Shown here: positions 1 to 7,097 of the stretch, piece after piece
How positions within the stretch are numbered: position 1 is the first letter of the stretch
How the letters are laid out: every line of letters starts with the position of its first letter
NCBI GenBank assembly: GCA_035310015.1
Contig: DATGEO010000120.1
Span: forward strand, 1 to 20,462
Source: Candidatus Dormiibacterota bacterium
Lineage (GTDB): Bacteria; Chloroflexota; Dormibacteria; Dormibacterales; Dormibacteraceae
Direction: 5' to 3'
Length of the DNA: 20,462 bases
The notes under the pieces: generated by a model
Databases searched by the model: none
The model's input: the letters and a program-made list of their open reading frames with translations, nothing else
Told to the model about the DNA's origin: nothing
Translations under genes and position numbers: made by a program

Positions 1-5
1 GGAAC

Positions 6-302
6 TTGCTGACGATCATTGCGCGCTACAAGGCCAAGCCCGGCAGTGGCGACGCTGTCGCCGAGGTCCTCGCCAGACACATCGTGGCCACCCGGGCGGA
101 GAAGGGCTGCGTGGCCTTCGACGTCGCCCGGTCAATCGAGAATCCCGACGAGTTCGTCCTGTACGAGAAGTATCTAGACGACGCCGCTTTCGAAGCTCAT
201 CGCGAGTCCCCGCACTTCAAACAGAACATCCTCGGCGCGGTCGTTCCGATGCTCGAGGAGCGCGCCTGGCAGCGGTACGAGGAGCTCGCCCCAGGCGCTT
301 GA
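6..302 (+). CDS. Antibiotic-biosynthesis-monooxygenase (ABM) family protein. TTG start at 6; the true start may lie just upstream of the window.
   Basis: 98-aa ORF with the ABM ferredoxin-like fold signature throughout (IIARYKAKPG...GCVAFDV...DEFVLYEKY.DDAAFEAH..SPHF). High GC3 codon bias. The ORF begins 5 nt from the window edge, so the N-terminus is uncertain. Confidence 0.75.
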   Translation: MLTIIARYKAKPGSGDAVAEVLARHIVATRAEKGCVAFDVARSIENPDEFVLYEKYLDDAAFEAHRESPHFKQNILGAVVPMLEERAWQRYEELAPGA

Positions 303-385
303 TTTCGGCCCGAACTGGGTATTCATTTACTCAATCGCTCGTATAGAGCGAACCCCGCATTCAAGGGCAAGGTTCGAGCCCTAAC

Positions 386-391
386 AGGAGG
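386..391 (+). promoter_or_regulatory. Shine-Dalgarno AGGAGG for the flotillin gene
   Basis: AGGAGG lies 7 nt upstream of ATG 399. Confidence 0.6.
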
Positions 392-398
392 CAGGCAC

Positions 399-2378
399 AT
401 GAGTGGTCTGCTTTCGCTCCTACTCCTTCTCTTCGGCGTGCTCGCGGTCGCCGCGGCCTACATCGTCGCCAGGTCGACGGTCGTGATCGGCCCGGCCCAG
501 GTCGGACTGGTCATCAAGCGCGTGTCGAGGCGGCACAACACCACCGACACGCCCATCGCCATGACTGGAGAGGCCGGCTACCAGGGCGATCTCCTGATGC
601 CTGGCGTCCGCTTCAAGCTGTGGCCGACGTACGCGGTCGTGAAGTACCCGTGGGTGCAGGTGCCGGCGGGCGAGATCGGCGTCGTGATCTCGCAGATCGG
701 CGAAGGTCTGCCCACGGGCGCGAAGTCGGCCGTGTACAAGCCTGAGTTCGGCAATTTCACGAACCTGCGCGCCTTTCTTGGCGGCGGCGGCCAGAAGGGC
801 GTCCAGCGGCCGGTGCTTCCGCCCGGCACGCTCGCGCCGATCCACCCGGTCGCGTTCCTCGTCGTCACCGCGACGAAGGCATATGGACTGCCGATCGACG
901 CGCAGCTCGTCAGCCGCGGTCCGCTGTCGCCCAGCTCGTTCGGGCTCCAGACGGACCAGTTCCGCGTGACCGTCATCACGCCGGACGGCGACCAGGACGT
1001 GGTCGGCCTCGTCACCACGCTCGAGGGCGAGCCGCTGCCACCCGCGGACATCGCCGGCCGCATCGGCGGATTCGCTGACATCGACGCGCTCGAAGCGCAG
1101 CCGGGCGTGACCGACTCCGAGCTCATCGAGGCGCTGCTGGGCAAGAAGAACCAGCTGCACAACAACTACCAGGACTTCCAGGCCTTCCTGGACAGCGGCG
1201 GCCGCATCGGCCTGCAGCACGACGCGCTGCTCTACGGCGCGTACCTGCTCAACCCCTTCCTCGTGCGCGTGGAGCTCGCGCCGATGCTGGTCGTGAACCA
1301 GGGCGAGGTCGCGGTCATCAAGAGCTACGTGGGCCTGCCCACGCTGGACACATCGGGCCCGGACTTCAAGTTCGGATCGATCGTGCAGCCGGGCCACCGC
1401 GGCATCTGGCGGGAGGCGCTGCGCACCGGGAAGTACCCGCTGAACCCGCGCATCTACGCAGCCGAGAAGGTGCCGACTTTCATCCTCACACTGAACTGGG
1501 CGGAGGCGAACTCCATCGCCCACAACCTGGACGCGCAGCTGAGCCCGATCGAAGGCAAGAGCCGCGAAGGTTTCGTGTTCAAGATCGACCTGCAGGTTCA
1601 GATCCACGTGCCGGACACGAAGGCGCCGAAGGTCATCTCGATGGTCGGTTCGATGGAGAACCTCGTCAACGAGGTGCTGCAGGCCGCCGTCGGCAACCAC
1701 TTCCGCAACACCCTGCAGGGCCTGGAGGCGGTGCGCTTCATCGAGACGCGCGATGAGGTGCAGGCGGCCGCGCTCGCGGCCATCTCGCGGTATCTCGCCG
1801 CGTACGAGGTCGAGACCCGCGGCGTCTACATCCAGGACGTCACGTTCCCGCAGGAGCTGGTCAACGTGCTCACGCGGCGCGAGATCGCCAACCAGGAGAA
1901 GGCGACCTTCGAGCAGCAGAAGGACGCGCAGACGGTGCGCATCGACCTGGAGAAGGCGCGCGGCACGGCCGAGATGCAGGCGGAGCTCGCCAAGGCGCAG
2001 GTGTCCGTGGACATCAACCGCGCCCGTGCCGGCGCCCGCAAGGCGGAGGCCGGCGGCGAGGCCGCGTTCGTGAGCCTCACGGGCGAGGCCGAAGGCTCGC
2101 GCCGGCGCGCGATCGGTCTCGGCGACGCGGCGGCGGTCGAGGCGCTGGGCCTCGCCAAGGCGAAGGGCTACCGGGCGCAGGTCGAGAGCCTGGGCTCCGG
2201 GCCGACGGCTGCGATCGCCGTGGCCAACGCCCTGTCGGAGGGCAAGCTCGACGTCATGCCGGACGTGCTGGTCACCGGAGGCGGCGGCGCGATCGAGGGC
2301 CTGGCGGCGGCGTTCATGCGCAGCCTGAACGGCAGTGGCAACGGCGACGGCGCCAAGCCGCAGCCGAAAAAGCAATAA
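399..2378 (+). CDS. Flotillin-like SPFH/band-7 domain membrane protein (YqiK/FloT-like). N-terminal TM anchor, SPFH domain, long Ala/Glu-rich coiled coil, Gly-rich C-terminal tail.
   Basis: 659 aa. Hydrophobic N-terminus (LLSLLLLLFGVLAVAAAYIV) followed by an SPFH-like core. EA-rich heptad-like region (TFEQQKDAQTVRIDLEKARGTAEMQAELAKAQVSVDINRARAGARKAEAGGEAA) typical of flotillins. Strong RBS, ATG start, TAA stop. Confidence 0.85.
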   Translation: MSGLLSLLLLLFGVLAVAAAYIVARSTVVIGPAQVGLVIKRVSRRHNTTDTPIAMTGEAGYQGDLLMPGVRFKLWPTYAVVKYPWVQVPAGEIGVVISQIGEGLPTGAKSAVYKPEFGNFTNLRAFLGGGGQKGVQRPVLPPGTLAPIHPVAFLVVTATKAYGLPIDAQLVSRGPLSPSSFGLQTDQFRVTVITPDGDQDVVGLVTTLEGEPLPPADIAGRIGGFADIDALEAQPGVTDSELIEALLGKKNQLHNNYQDFQAFLDSGGRIGLQHDALLYGAYLLNPFLVRVELAPMLVVNQGEVAVIKSYVGLPTLDTSGPDFKFGSIVQPGHRGIWREALRTGKYPLNPRIYAAEKVPTFILTLNWAEANSIAHNLDAQLSPIEGKSREGFVFKIDLQVQIHVPDTKAPKVISMVGSMENLVNEVLQAAVGNHFRNTLQGLEAVRFIETRDEVQAAALAAISRYLAAYEVETRGVYIQDVTFPQELVNVLTRREIANQEKATFEQQKDAQTVRIDLEKARGTAEMQAELAKAQVSVDINRARAGARKAEAGGEAAFVSLTGEAEGSRRRAIGLGDAAAVEALGLAKAKGYRAQVESLGSGPTAAIAVANALSEGKLDVMPDVLVTGGGGAIEGLAAAFMRSLNGSGNGDGAKPQPKKQ

Positions 2379-2387
2379 CGGCTGAGG

Positions 2388-2416
2388 CCGGAGGGCACGC
2401 TCGCCCTGCCGCCTCC
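2388..2416 (+). terminator. Possible imperfect GC-rich hairpin downstream of the flotillin gene (weak terminator candidate)
   Basis: ccGGAGGGCacgctcGCCCTgCCgCCTCC, about 10 nt after the TAA stop. Imperfect stem, no U-tract. Confidence 0.2.
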
Positions 2417-2477
2417 TTGATTGTTGGTACCTCTGAAGAGGAACGAGCGAGGCACGACTAATCGAGAAAATAGAAGG

Positions 2478-3221
2478 ATGCAAGAGAAAGAGATCCGGGT
2501 CCTCACACCAGACGGCGAGATGAGAACATTCACCGTCCACCCCGACGGAGCAGGGCCGTACCCCGTCGCCGTCCTGTACATGGACGGCGTCGGCTATCGC
2601 GAGCAGGTCAAGGCAAACGCGCGGCGGTTCGCCGCCGCCGGTTACTACGTCGTCGCGCCCGACCTCTACTACCGCATGGGCGAGCTTGTCCTCGACCTCA
2701 AGGACGAGTCGGCGCGCGAAAAGATCATGCAGGCCGCGCGGTCGGTCAGCCCGGAAAACGCCGTCGACGACACGAAGGCGGTCCTCCGGGGAATCGCCTC
2801 GGATCCAGCGGCCGCCAAAGGACCGAAAGTCTGCGTCGGCTACTGCATGGGCGCGCGCATATCGCTGCGCGCCGCCTCGGCGCTCCCCGACGAGTTCGTC
2901 GCCGCGGCCGGCATCCACCCCGGAGCGCTCGTGACCGACAAGCCGGATTCGCCCCATAACGACCTCGCGGGGGTGCGGGGCGAGCTCTACTTCGCGTTCG
3001 CCGAGATCGACCGCACGGCCACGCCGGAAACCATCGACCGGTTCCGCCAGGAGATGGAGAGGCGCGGGATTCGGGGCGAGGTCGAGCGGCTGCCGGGCGT
3101 GACCCATGGATTTGCGATGGCCGACCTCCAGGTCTACGATCGCGCCGCCGCCGAGGGCCATTTCCAGAAGGTGCTCGAGCTCTGGGATCGCAACGTCAAG
3201 ACGGGAGCATCCGCCACTTAG
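2478..3221 (+). CDS. Dienelactone hydrolase family protein (alpha/beta hydrolase). Start is probably ATG 2478; the six-frame ORF extends to TTG 2421.
   Basis: DLH hallmarks: GPYPVAVLYMDGVGYREQVKANARRFAAAGYYVVAPDLYYR; nucleophile elbow region CVGYCMGARISL; C-terminal His region (VTHGFAM). Codons between 2421 and 2477 are AT-rich/rare (aga, agg, aat, gta) and unlike the coding bias, so ATG 2478 is favoured. RBS is poor (GAAGGA abuts the ATG). Confidence 0.8.
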   Translation: MQEKEIRVLTPDGEMRTFTVHPDGAGPYPVAVLYMDGVGYREQVKANARRFAAAGYYVVAPDLYYRMGELVLDLKDESAREKIMQAARSVSPENAVDDTKAVLRGIASDPAAAKGPKVCVGYCMGARISLRAASALPDEFVAAAGIHPGALVTDKPDSPHNDLAGVRGELYFAFAEIDRTATPETIDRFRQEMERRGIRGEVERLPGVTHGFAMADLQVYDRAAAEGHFQKVLELWDRNVKTGASAT

Positions 3222-3232
3222 ACTGTCGCCAA

Positions 3233-4795
3233 ATGTTCACCGGCGCTCAGTACGCGCGAAGTGGCAACGTCAACATCGCGTACCAGGTGGTCGGCGACGG
3301 GCCGGTTGACCTGGTGCTGGTCCTCGGCTGGGTTTCGCACCTCGCCTACGTGTGGGAGCTGCCGGCGATGGCCGCCTTCCTCACGCGCCTGGCGTCCTTC
3401 TCGCGGCTGATCCTCTTCGACAAGCGCGGATGCGGAATGTCCGACCGCGTGCACCCGCTGCCCACTCTGGAGCAGCGCATGGACGACGTCCGCGCGGTGA
3501 TGGACGCGGCCGGATCGGAGAAGGCGGCGCTGCTGGGCATCTCGGAAGGCGGCGTCATGTCCGCGCTCTTTGCCGCGACGTATCCCGAGCGGGCGGTCGG
3601 TTTGATCATCGACGGCAGCTATGCCTCCGGGCTGCGACGGCCGGGCTACCCCTGGGGAGCGACGGAGGACGAGCTCGAGGAGGCAATCGCCAGTCGGAGG
3701 GAAACCTGGGGCAAGTCCGGAGGCCGGTACATCGACCGCTACGCCCCGACCCAGGTCGACAACCCGGAGGTCGAACACTGGTGGGCGATTTTCACGCAGA
3801 TGGCCGCCAGCCCCGGCGACGCGGTCGACCTGCTGCGGATGAACGGCTTGATCGACATCCGCGACGTCCTGCCGGCGATCCGCGTGCCGACGCTGATCAT
3901 CCACGCCGCCGGCGACCGCGTCGCACCGATCGAGGCCGGGCGCTATCTCGCCCAGCACATCCCGGGAGCGAAGCTGCTCGAGCTCGACTCGATCGACCAC
4001 TGGCCCTACTTCGGGGATGCGGATCTCGTGCTCGGCGAGATCCAGGAGTTCCTCACCGGCGCGCGCACGGTCAAGTCACCGGAAACCATGCTCGCGACCG
4101 TGCTCTGCACCAACGTGACCCAGGCAGGGGCGCACGCCGTCTGGCTCGGCGACAAGAAATGGAACCAGCTGGTCGAGCACCACCACTCCGTCGTGCGCAA
4201 GGAGCTCGCGCGCTACTCAGGCCGCGAGATCGAGGCGGGCCCGAGCGGGGTCACCGCCGTGTTCGACGGCACCGCTCGGGCGATTCGCTGCGCCCTCGAC
4301 ATCCGCGACCAGCTGCTCGAGCTTGGGCTGCGCATCCGTGCGGGGCTGCACGCGGGCGAATGCGAGATGGGCGGCGGCCGCCCGCGGGGCGTGGCGTTGA
4401 ACGTCGCGTCGGGCGTCATGAACGCCGCCAAACCCGGCGAGGTGCTCGTCTCGGGGACGATCAAAGACCTCGTGGTCGGCTCGGGGCTGGAGTTCGCCGA
4501 CCGCGGGATCCGCGAGTTCGCCGGCGTGCCCGGCCAGTGGGCGCTTTTCGCGGCGGGATCCGAGCCACCGGCCGCGACGACCCCTCGAGTGCCGCCTGCC
4601 GTCGCCCTCAGCCGGCGCGAGCGGGAGGTGGCGAGGCTGCTCGCGGACGGGCTGAGCAATCGCGACATCGCCAGGCGCCTCTATCTCTCGGAGCGCACGG
4701 TCGACAACCACGTGCACCACATCCTCGACAAGCTCGGCTTCGACTCGCGCGTGCAGGTCGCGACCTGGCTCGCGAGAAATGAGCACCTGAACTGA
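3233..4795 (+). CDS. Three-domain transcriptional regulator: N-terminal alpha/beta-hydrolase fold, central class-III adenylate/guanylate-cyclase-homology domain (degenerate, predicted inactive), C-terminal LuxR-type HTH.
   Basis: N-terminus: LVLVLGWVSHLAYVWE...ILFDKRGCGMSDRV...LLGISEGG (nucleophile elbow GxSxG) ...HAAGDRV...DHWPYF. Middle: LATVLCTNVTQAGAHAV...REIEAGPSGVTAVFDGTARAIRCA...IRAGLHAGECE...GVALNVASGV...PGEVLVSGTIKDLV, which aligns with cyclase cores. C-terminus: LSRREREVARLLADGLSNRDIARRLYLSERTVDNHVHHILDKLG (LuxR/GerE HTH). Confidence 0.85.
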   Translation: MFTGAQYARSGNVNIAYQVVGDGPVDLVLVLGWVSHLAYVWELPAMAAFLTRLASFSRLILFDKRGCGMSDRVHPLPTLEQRMDDVRAVMDAAGSEKAALLGISEGGVMSALFAATYPERAVGLIIDGSYASGLRRPGYPWGATEDELEEAIASRRETWGKSGGRYIDRYAPTQVDNPEVEHWWAIFTQMAASPGDAVDLLRMNGLIDIRDVLPAIRVPTLIIHAAGDRVAPIEAGRYLAQHIPGAKLLELDSIDHWPYFGDADLVLGEIQEFLTGARTVKSPETMLATVLCTNVTQAGAHAVWLGDKKWNQLVEHHHSVVRKELARYSGREIEAGPSGVTAVFDGTARAIRCALDIRDQLLELGLRIRAGLHAGECEMGGGRPRGVALNVASGVMNAAKPGEVLVSGTIKDLVVGSGLEFADRGIREFAGVPGQWALFAAGSEPPAATTPRVPPAVALSRREREVARLLADGLSNRDIARRLYLSERTVDNHVHHILDKLGFDSRVQVATWLARNEHLN

Positions 4796-4824
4796 GCACC
4801 GGCTGAGCCTTCTCCCGCATGTGA

Positions 4825-4838
4825 GGCCGTCCGCGGCC
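4825..4838 (+). terminator. Small GC hairpin (GGCCG-tccg-CGGCC) after the regulator gene; weak terminator candidate
   Basis: 5-bp perfect stem and 4-nt loop, 30 nt downstream of the stop at 4795. No U-tract. Confidence 0.2.
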
Positions 4839-4864
4839 ACTTAGCTTCGACGCATCACTTCGCT

Positions 4865-4870
4865 AGGAGG
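4865..4870 (+). promoter_or_regulatory. Shine-Dalgarno AGGAGG for the DUF4242 gene
   Basis: AGGAGG lies 6 nt upstream of ATG 4877. Confidence 0.6.
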
Positions 4871-4876
4871 TTGTCG

Positions 4877-5149
4877 ATGGCGAGATTCATGGTCGAGCGT
4901 ATGTTTCCCGACGGGCTCGAGATCCCGATTACCGACCAGGGCGCTCAGGCGTGCCTGTCGGTGGTCGCGACCAACGCGGAGCTCGGGGTGACCTGGGTGC
5001 ACTCGTATGTCACCGAGGACCACAAGAAGACGTTCTGCATCTACGACGCGCCGAGCCCGGAGGAGATCCGAAAGGCCGCCAAGCTGAACCAGCTGCCGGC
5101 GGACAAGATCACGCCCGTGCGGGTCCTCGACCCGTACTTCTACAAATGA
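4877..5149 (+). CDS. DUF4242 family protein (SCO4226-like small nickel-binding protein family)
   Basis: 90 aa. MARFMVERMFPDG...TWVHSYVTEDHKKTFCIYDAPSPEEIRKAA matches the DUF4242 pattern (F.VER.fP....WvhSyvt.D..k.fCiY.AP..EaIr.ha). ATG 4877 has good SD spacing; the TTG at 4871 used in the ORF track is probably not the start. Confidence 0.8.
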   Translation: MARFMVERMFPDGLEIPITDQGAQACLSVVATNAELGVTWVHSYVTEDHKKTFCIYDAPSPEEIRKAAKLNQLPADKITPVRVLDPYFYK

Positions 5150-5751
5150 GGCGCGCGGTCCTGGTCATGACCATGGCGGCCGTCGCCGCCTTCGCGCCGA
5201 TCGCTGGTTCGGCGAGCGGTCTGCCCAGCGGCGAGCGCTTCGCCGGCAATGCGTCCATCGAGCCGGCCTACGACGACGCCAACGGCTCGATCACCTACCT
5301 GCTCACTCCGAATCAGCTGGCGCCGCTGAGCTCCACCAACCCGCTGCTCACGCTCAACGGCAAGGCGGTTGCTCCCCTGTATCTCGTGGTTTATCCCCCT
5401 GGCACTTCGGGGACCTTCAACTGCATGGGCGTGCCCGGGAACTGCCCCGACCACGACGGCGTCATAGCGGGCGTGGCCACCACGGTCAGGCCGCTCGTTT
5501 ACGGCACCAACCCCGCGGCAGTGCCGGGCCACGACCACCTGGTCGGGCTGCCGCAAACAGGGGACTTCAACGTGGCGTGGCACGTCTATGTCGAGCTCTT
5601 CAACTCGACCAGCGCCGTCACGCACATCACCACGCTGGCCGGTCTGCAGGCGGCGTGGAACACCGGCAGCCTCGTCTCCCTGGACTCGGGAATCACCTTC
5701 GGCTGCGCCGTCGTCTCCGAGGGCGTATACCTCGCTGGCTCGCCGGCCTGA
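5146..5751 (+). CDS. Secreted hypothetical protein (Sec signal peptide) with a Cys/His/Asp-rich motif cluster
   Basis: 201 aa. Its ATG overlaps the upstream TGA stop (ATGA at 5146-5149), indicating translational coupling. N-terminus MRRAVLVMTMAAVAAFAPIAGSASG is a typical signal peptide. Motifs NCMGVPGNCPDHDG and VPGHDHLVG. No recognisable family. Confidence 0.65.
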   Translation: MRRAVLVMTMAAVAAFAPIAGSASGLPSGERFAGNASIEPAYDDANGSITYLLTPNQLAPLSSTNPLLTLNGKAVAPLYLVVYPPGTSGTFNCMGVPGNCPDHDGVIAGVATTVRPLVYGTNPAAVPGHDHLVGLPQTGDFNVAWHVYVELFNSTSAVTHITTLAGLQAAWNTGSLVSLDSGITFGCAVVSEGVYLAGSPA

Positions 5752-5762
5752 TCGACTTCGAC

Positions 5763-5788
5763 GCCGGGAGGGCCGCCGCCCTCCCGGC
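5763..5788 (+). terminator. Strong GC-rich hairpin (11-bp perfect stem, 4-nt loop) immediately downstream of the secreted-protein gene
   Basis: gCCGGGAGGGC-cgcc-GCCCTCCCGGc, 12 nt after the stop at 5751. No canonical U-tract, as is common in high-GC genomes. Confidence 0.5.
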
Positions 5789-5806
5789 TGCCATCCTTGA
5801 TCGGGG

Positions 5807-6661
5807 ATGGAGGACTTTCCCATTCCGGTCGAGGGTGCCTACGCGGTCTCAGCCCCGGCGCCGGGTTCCGGGCCTGGCCACTGGGCGGGCGCGCCCAGCG
5901 CCTCGATTGCACACGACGGCTCGCTGCTGGTCGCCTATCGCGTGCGCACGCCCGACCGGCGCGGCTCGTCCCTGGTGCTCGCCCACAGCGATGACCGTGG
6001 GCGCCTCACCGCGGTCGCCGCGCTCGAGAAGGAGAGGTTCGGCGCGGAGTCGCTCGAGCGGCCGGCCCTGGTACGCCTCGAGGGCGGCTGGCGCCTGTAT
6101 GTGTCGTGCGCCACGCCCAACAGCAAGCACTGGCGGATCGACGTGGTCGAGGCGTCCGATCCGGCCGGGCTGGCCCGGGCAGAGCCGCGGACGATCTTCC
6201 CGGGCACCAACCTGGTGGGCGTCAAGGACCCGGTCGTGCGCCGAGCCGGCGACGCGTGGGAGGCGTGGATCTGCTGCCATCCGCTCGGCGAGCCGGGCGA
6301 GGAGGACCGCATGACGACCGCTTATGCCACGAGCCGCGACGGCCTCGAGTGGGACTGGCAGGGCACCGCGCTGTCGGGCCGCGCGGGCTCCTGGGACGCG
6401 CGCGGCGCCCGCGTGACGGCCGTGCTCGACGACGGCCGTGCCGCGTACGACGGCCGTGCCGGCAGGGAGGAGAACTTCTCCGAGCGCACGGGCATCGCGC
6501 TGCCGAAGGGCAGACGCGGCCGGCTGGTGCAGGCGGGCGACGCGCCGGTCTCGAACGCCCGCTACCTCGACGTGGTGGCGCGCCCGGGCGGTGGCTGGTT
6601 CCTCTTCTTCGAGATGCCGCGACCCGACGGCAGCCACGACCTGTGCTTCGAATCAAAATGA
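5807..6661 (+). CDS. Hypothetical cytoplasmic protein with Asp-box (BNR-like) motif; probable beta-propeller glycosidase/sialidase-like fold
   Basis: 284 aa, no signal peptide. Asp-box S-x-D-G-x-x-W present (TSRDGLEW); a second degenerate copy (HSDDRGRL). Repeated beta-strand-like segments (LLVAYRV, WRLYVSC, WFLFFE). Family assignment is uncertain. Confidence 0.55.
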   Translation: MEDFPIPVEGAYAVSAPAPGSGPGHWAGAPSASIAHDGSLLVAYRVRTPDRRGSSLVLAHSDDRGRLTAVAALEKERFGAESLERPALVRLEGGWRLYVSCATPNSKHWRIDVVEASDPAGLARAEPRTIFPGTNLVGVKDPVVRRAGDAWEAWICCHPLGEPGEEDRMTTAYATSRDGLEWDWQGTALSGRAGSWDARGARVTAVLDDGRAAYDGRAGREENFSERTGIALPKGRRGRLVQAGDAPVSNARYLDVVARPGGGWFLFFEMPRPDGSHDLCFESK

Positions 6662-6665
6662 GCCC

Positions 6666-7097
6666 GTGTCCAAGAAGGAGATCGACGACTACCTGGCCAG
6701 GATCGAGGAGCCCAAGCGGAGGACGCTCGAGAAGCTGCGCCAGACCATCGTCAGCATCGTTCCCGAGGCCGAGCAGGGCATCTCCTACGGCATGCCCGCC
6801 TTCAAGATGCACGGCAAGGTGGTGGCCGGGTTTGCCGCCTTCAAGAACCATCTCAGTTACGTGCCGCACAGCGGCTCTGTCGTGCCGGCGCTCGCGGACG
6901 AGGTGAAGGGCTACACGTACACCGCCGGGTCGCTGCACTTTCCGGTCGACAAGCCGCTGCCCAAGACGCTCGTGAAGAAGCTCATTGCTACGCGACTCCA
7001 CCAGATCGAAGGAGCTCGCGGAAGTCGTGCCCTAGCCGCTGAGCACGCGTTCCAGCGCGTCCCGGATGATCACCGCGTGGTCGAAGGCGATCGTTGA
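6666..7097 (+). CDS. DUF1801 (YdhG-like) domain protein
   Basis: GTG 6666 gives MSKKEIDDYLARIEEPKRRTLEKLRQTIVSIVPEAEQGISYGMPAFKMHGKVVAGFAAFKNHLSYVP...LHFPVDKPLPKTLVKKLI, a textbook DUF1801 pattern. The in-frame ORF extends upstream to 6438, but that part overlaps the preceding gene. The 3' end overlaps the convergent NUDIX gene by 66 nt. Confidence 0.7.
   Translation: MSKKEIDDYLARIEEPKRRTLEKLRQTIVSIVPEAEQGISYGMPAFKMHGKVVAGFAAFKNHLSYVPHSGSVVPALADEVKGYTYTAGSLHFPVDKPLPKTLVKKLIATRLHQIEGARGSRALAAEHAFQRVPDDHRVVEGDR

Noticed and set aside
303-398. Possible promoter (TTTACT...TATAGA) and small hairpin AGGGC-aaggttcga-GCCCT in the flotillin 5' region
   Set aside because: Spacer between the candidate -35 and -10 is only 10 nt, and TATAGA lacks the invariant terminal T. 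The hairpin is short (5 bp). Not enough to call a promoter or riboregulator.
420-3161. 913-aa ORF on the minus strand spanning the flotillin and DLH genes
   Set aside because: Antisense to two genes with clear domain signatures. Its composition (Arg/Ala/Gly/Leu/Asp-rich, e.g. RRGRAVDLGEREVELAPH) is the typical stop-codon-poor antisense artefact of ~70% GC DNA. No recognisable domain.
3352-4782. 476-aa alternate-frame ORF inside the hydrolase-cyclase-LuxR gene
   Set aside because: Extremely Arg/Gly/Pro-rich (RRGRIGEGGAAGHLGRRRH...). It is an out-of-frame reading of a gene whose primary frame has three recognisable domains.
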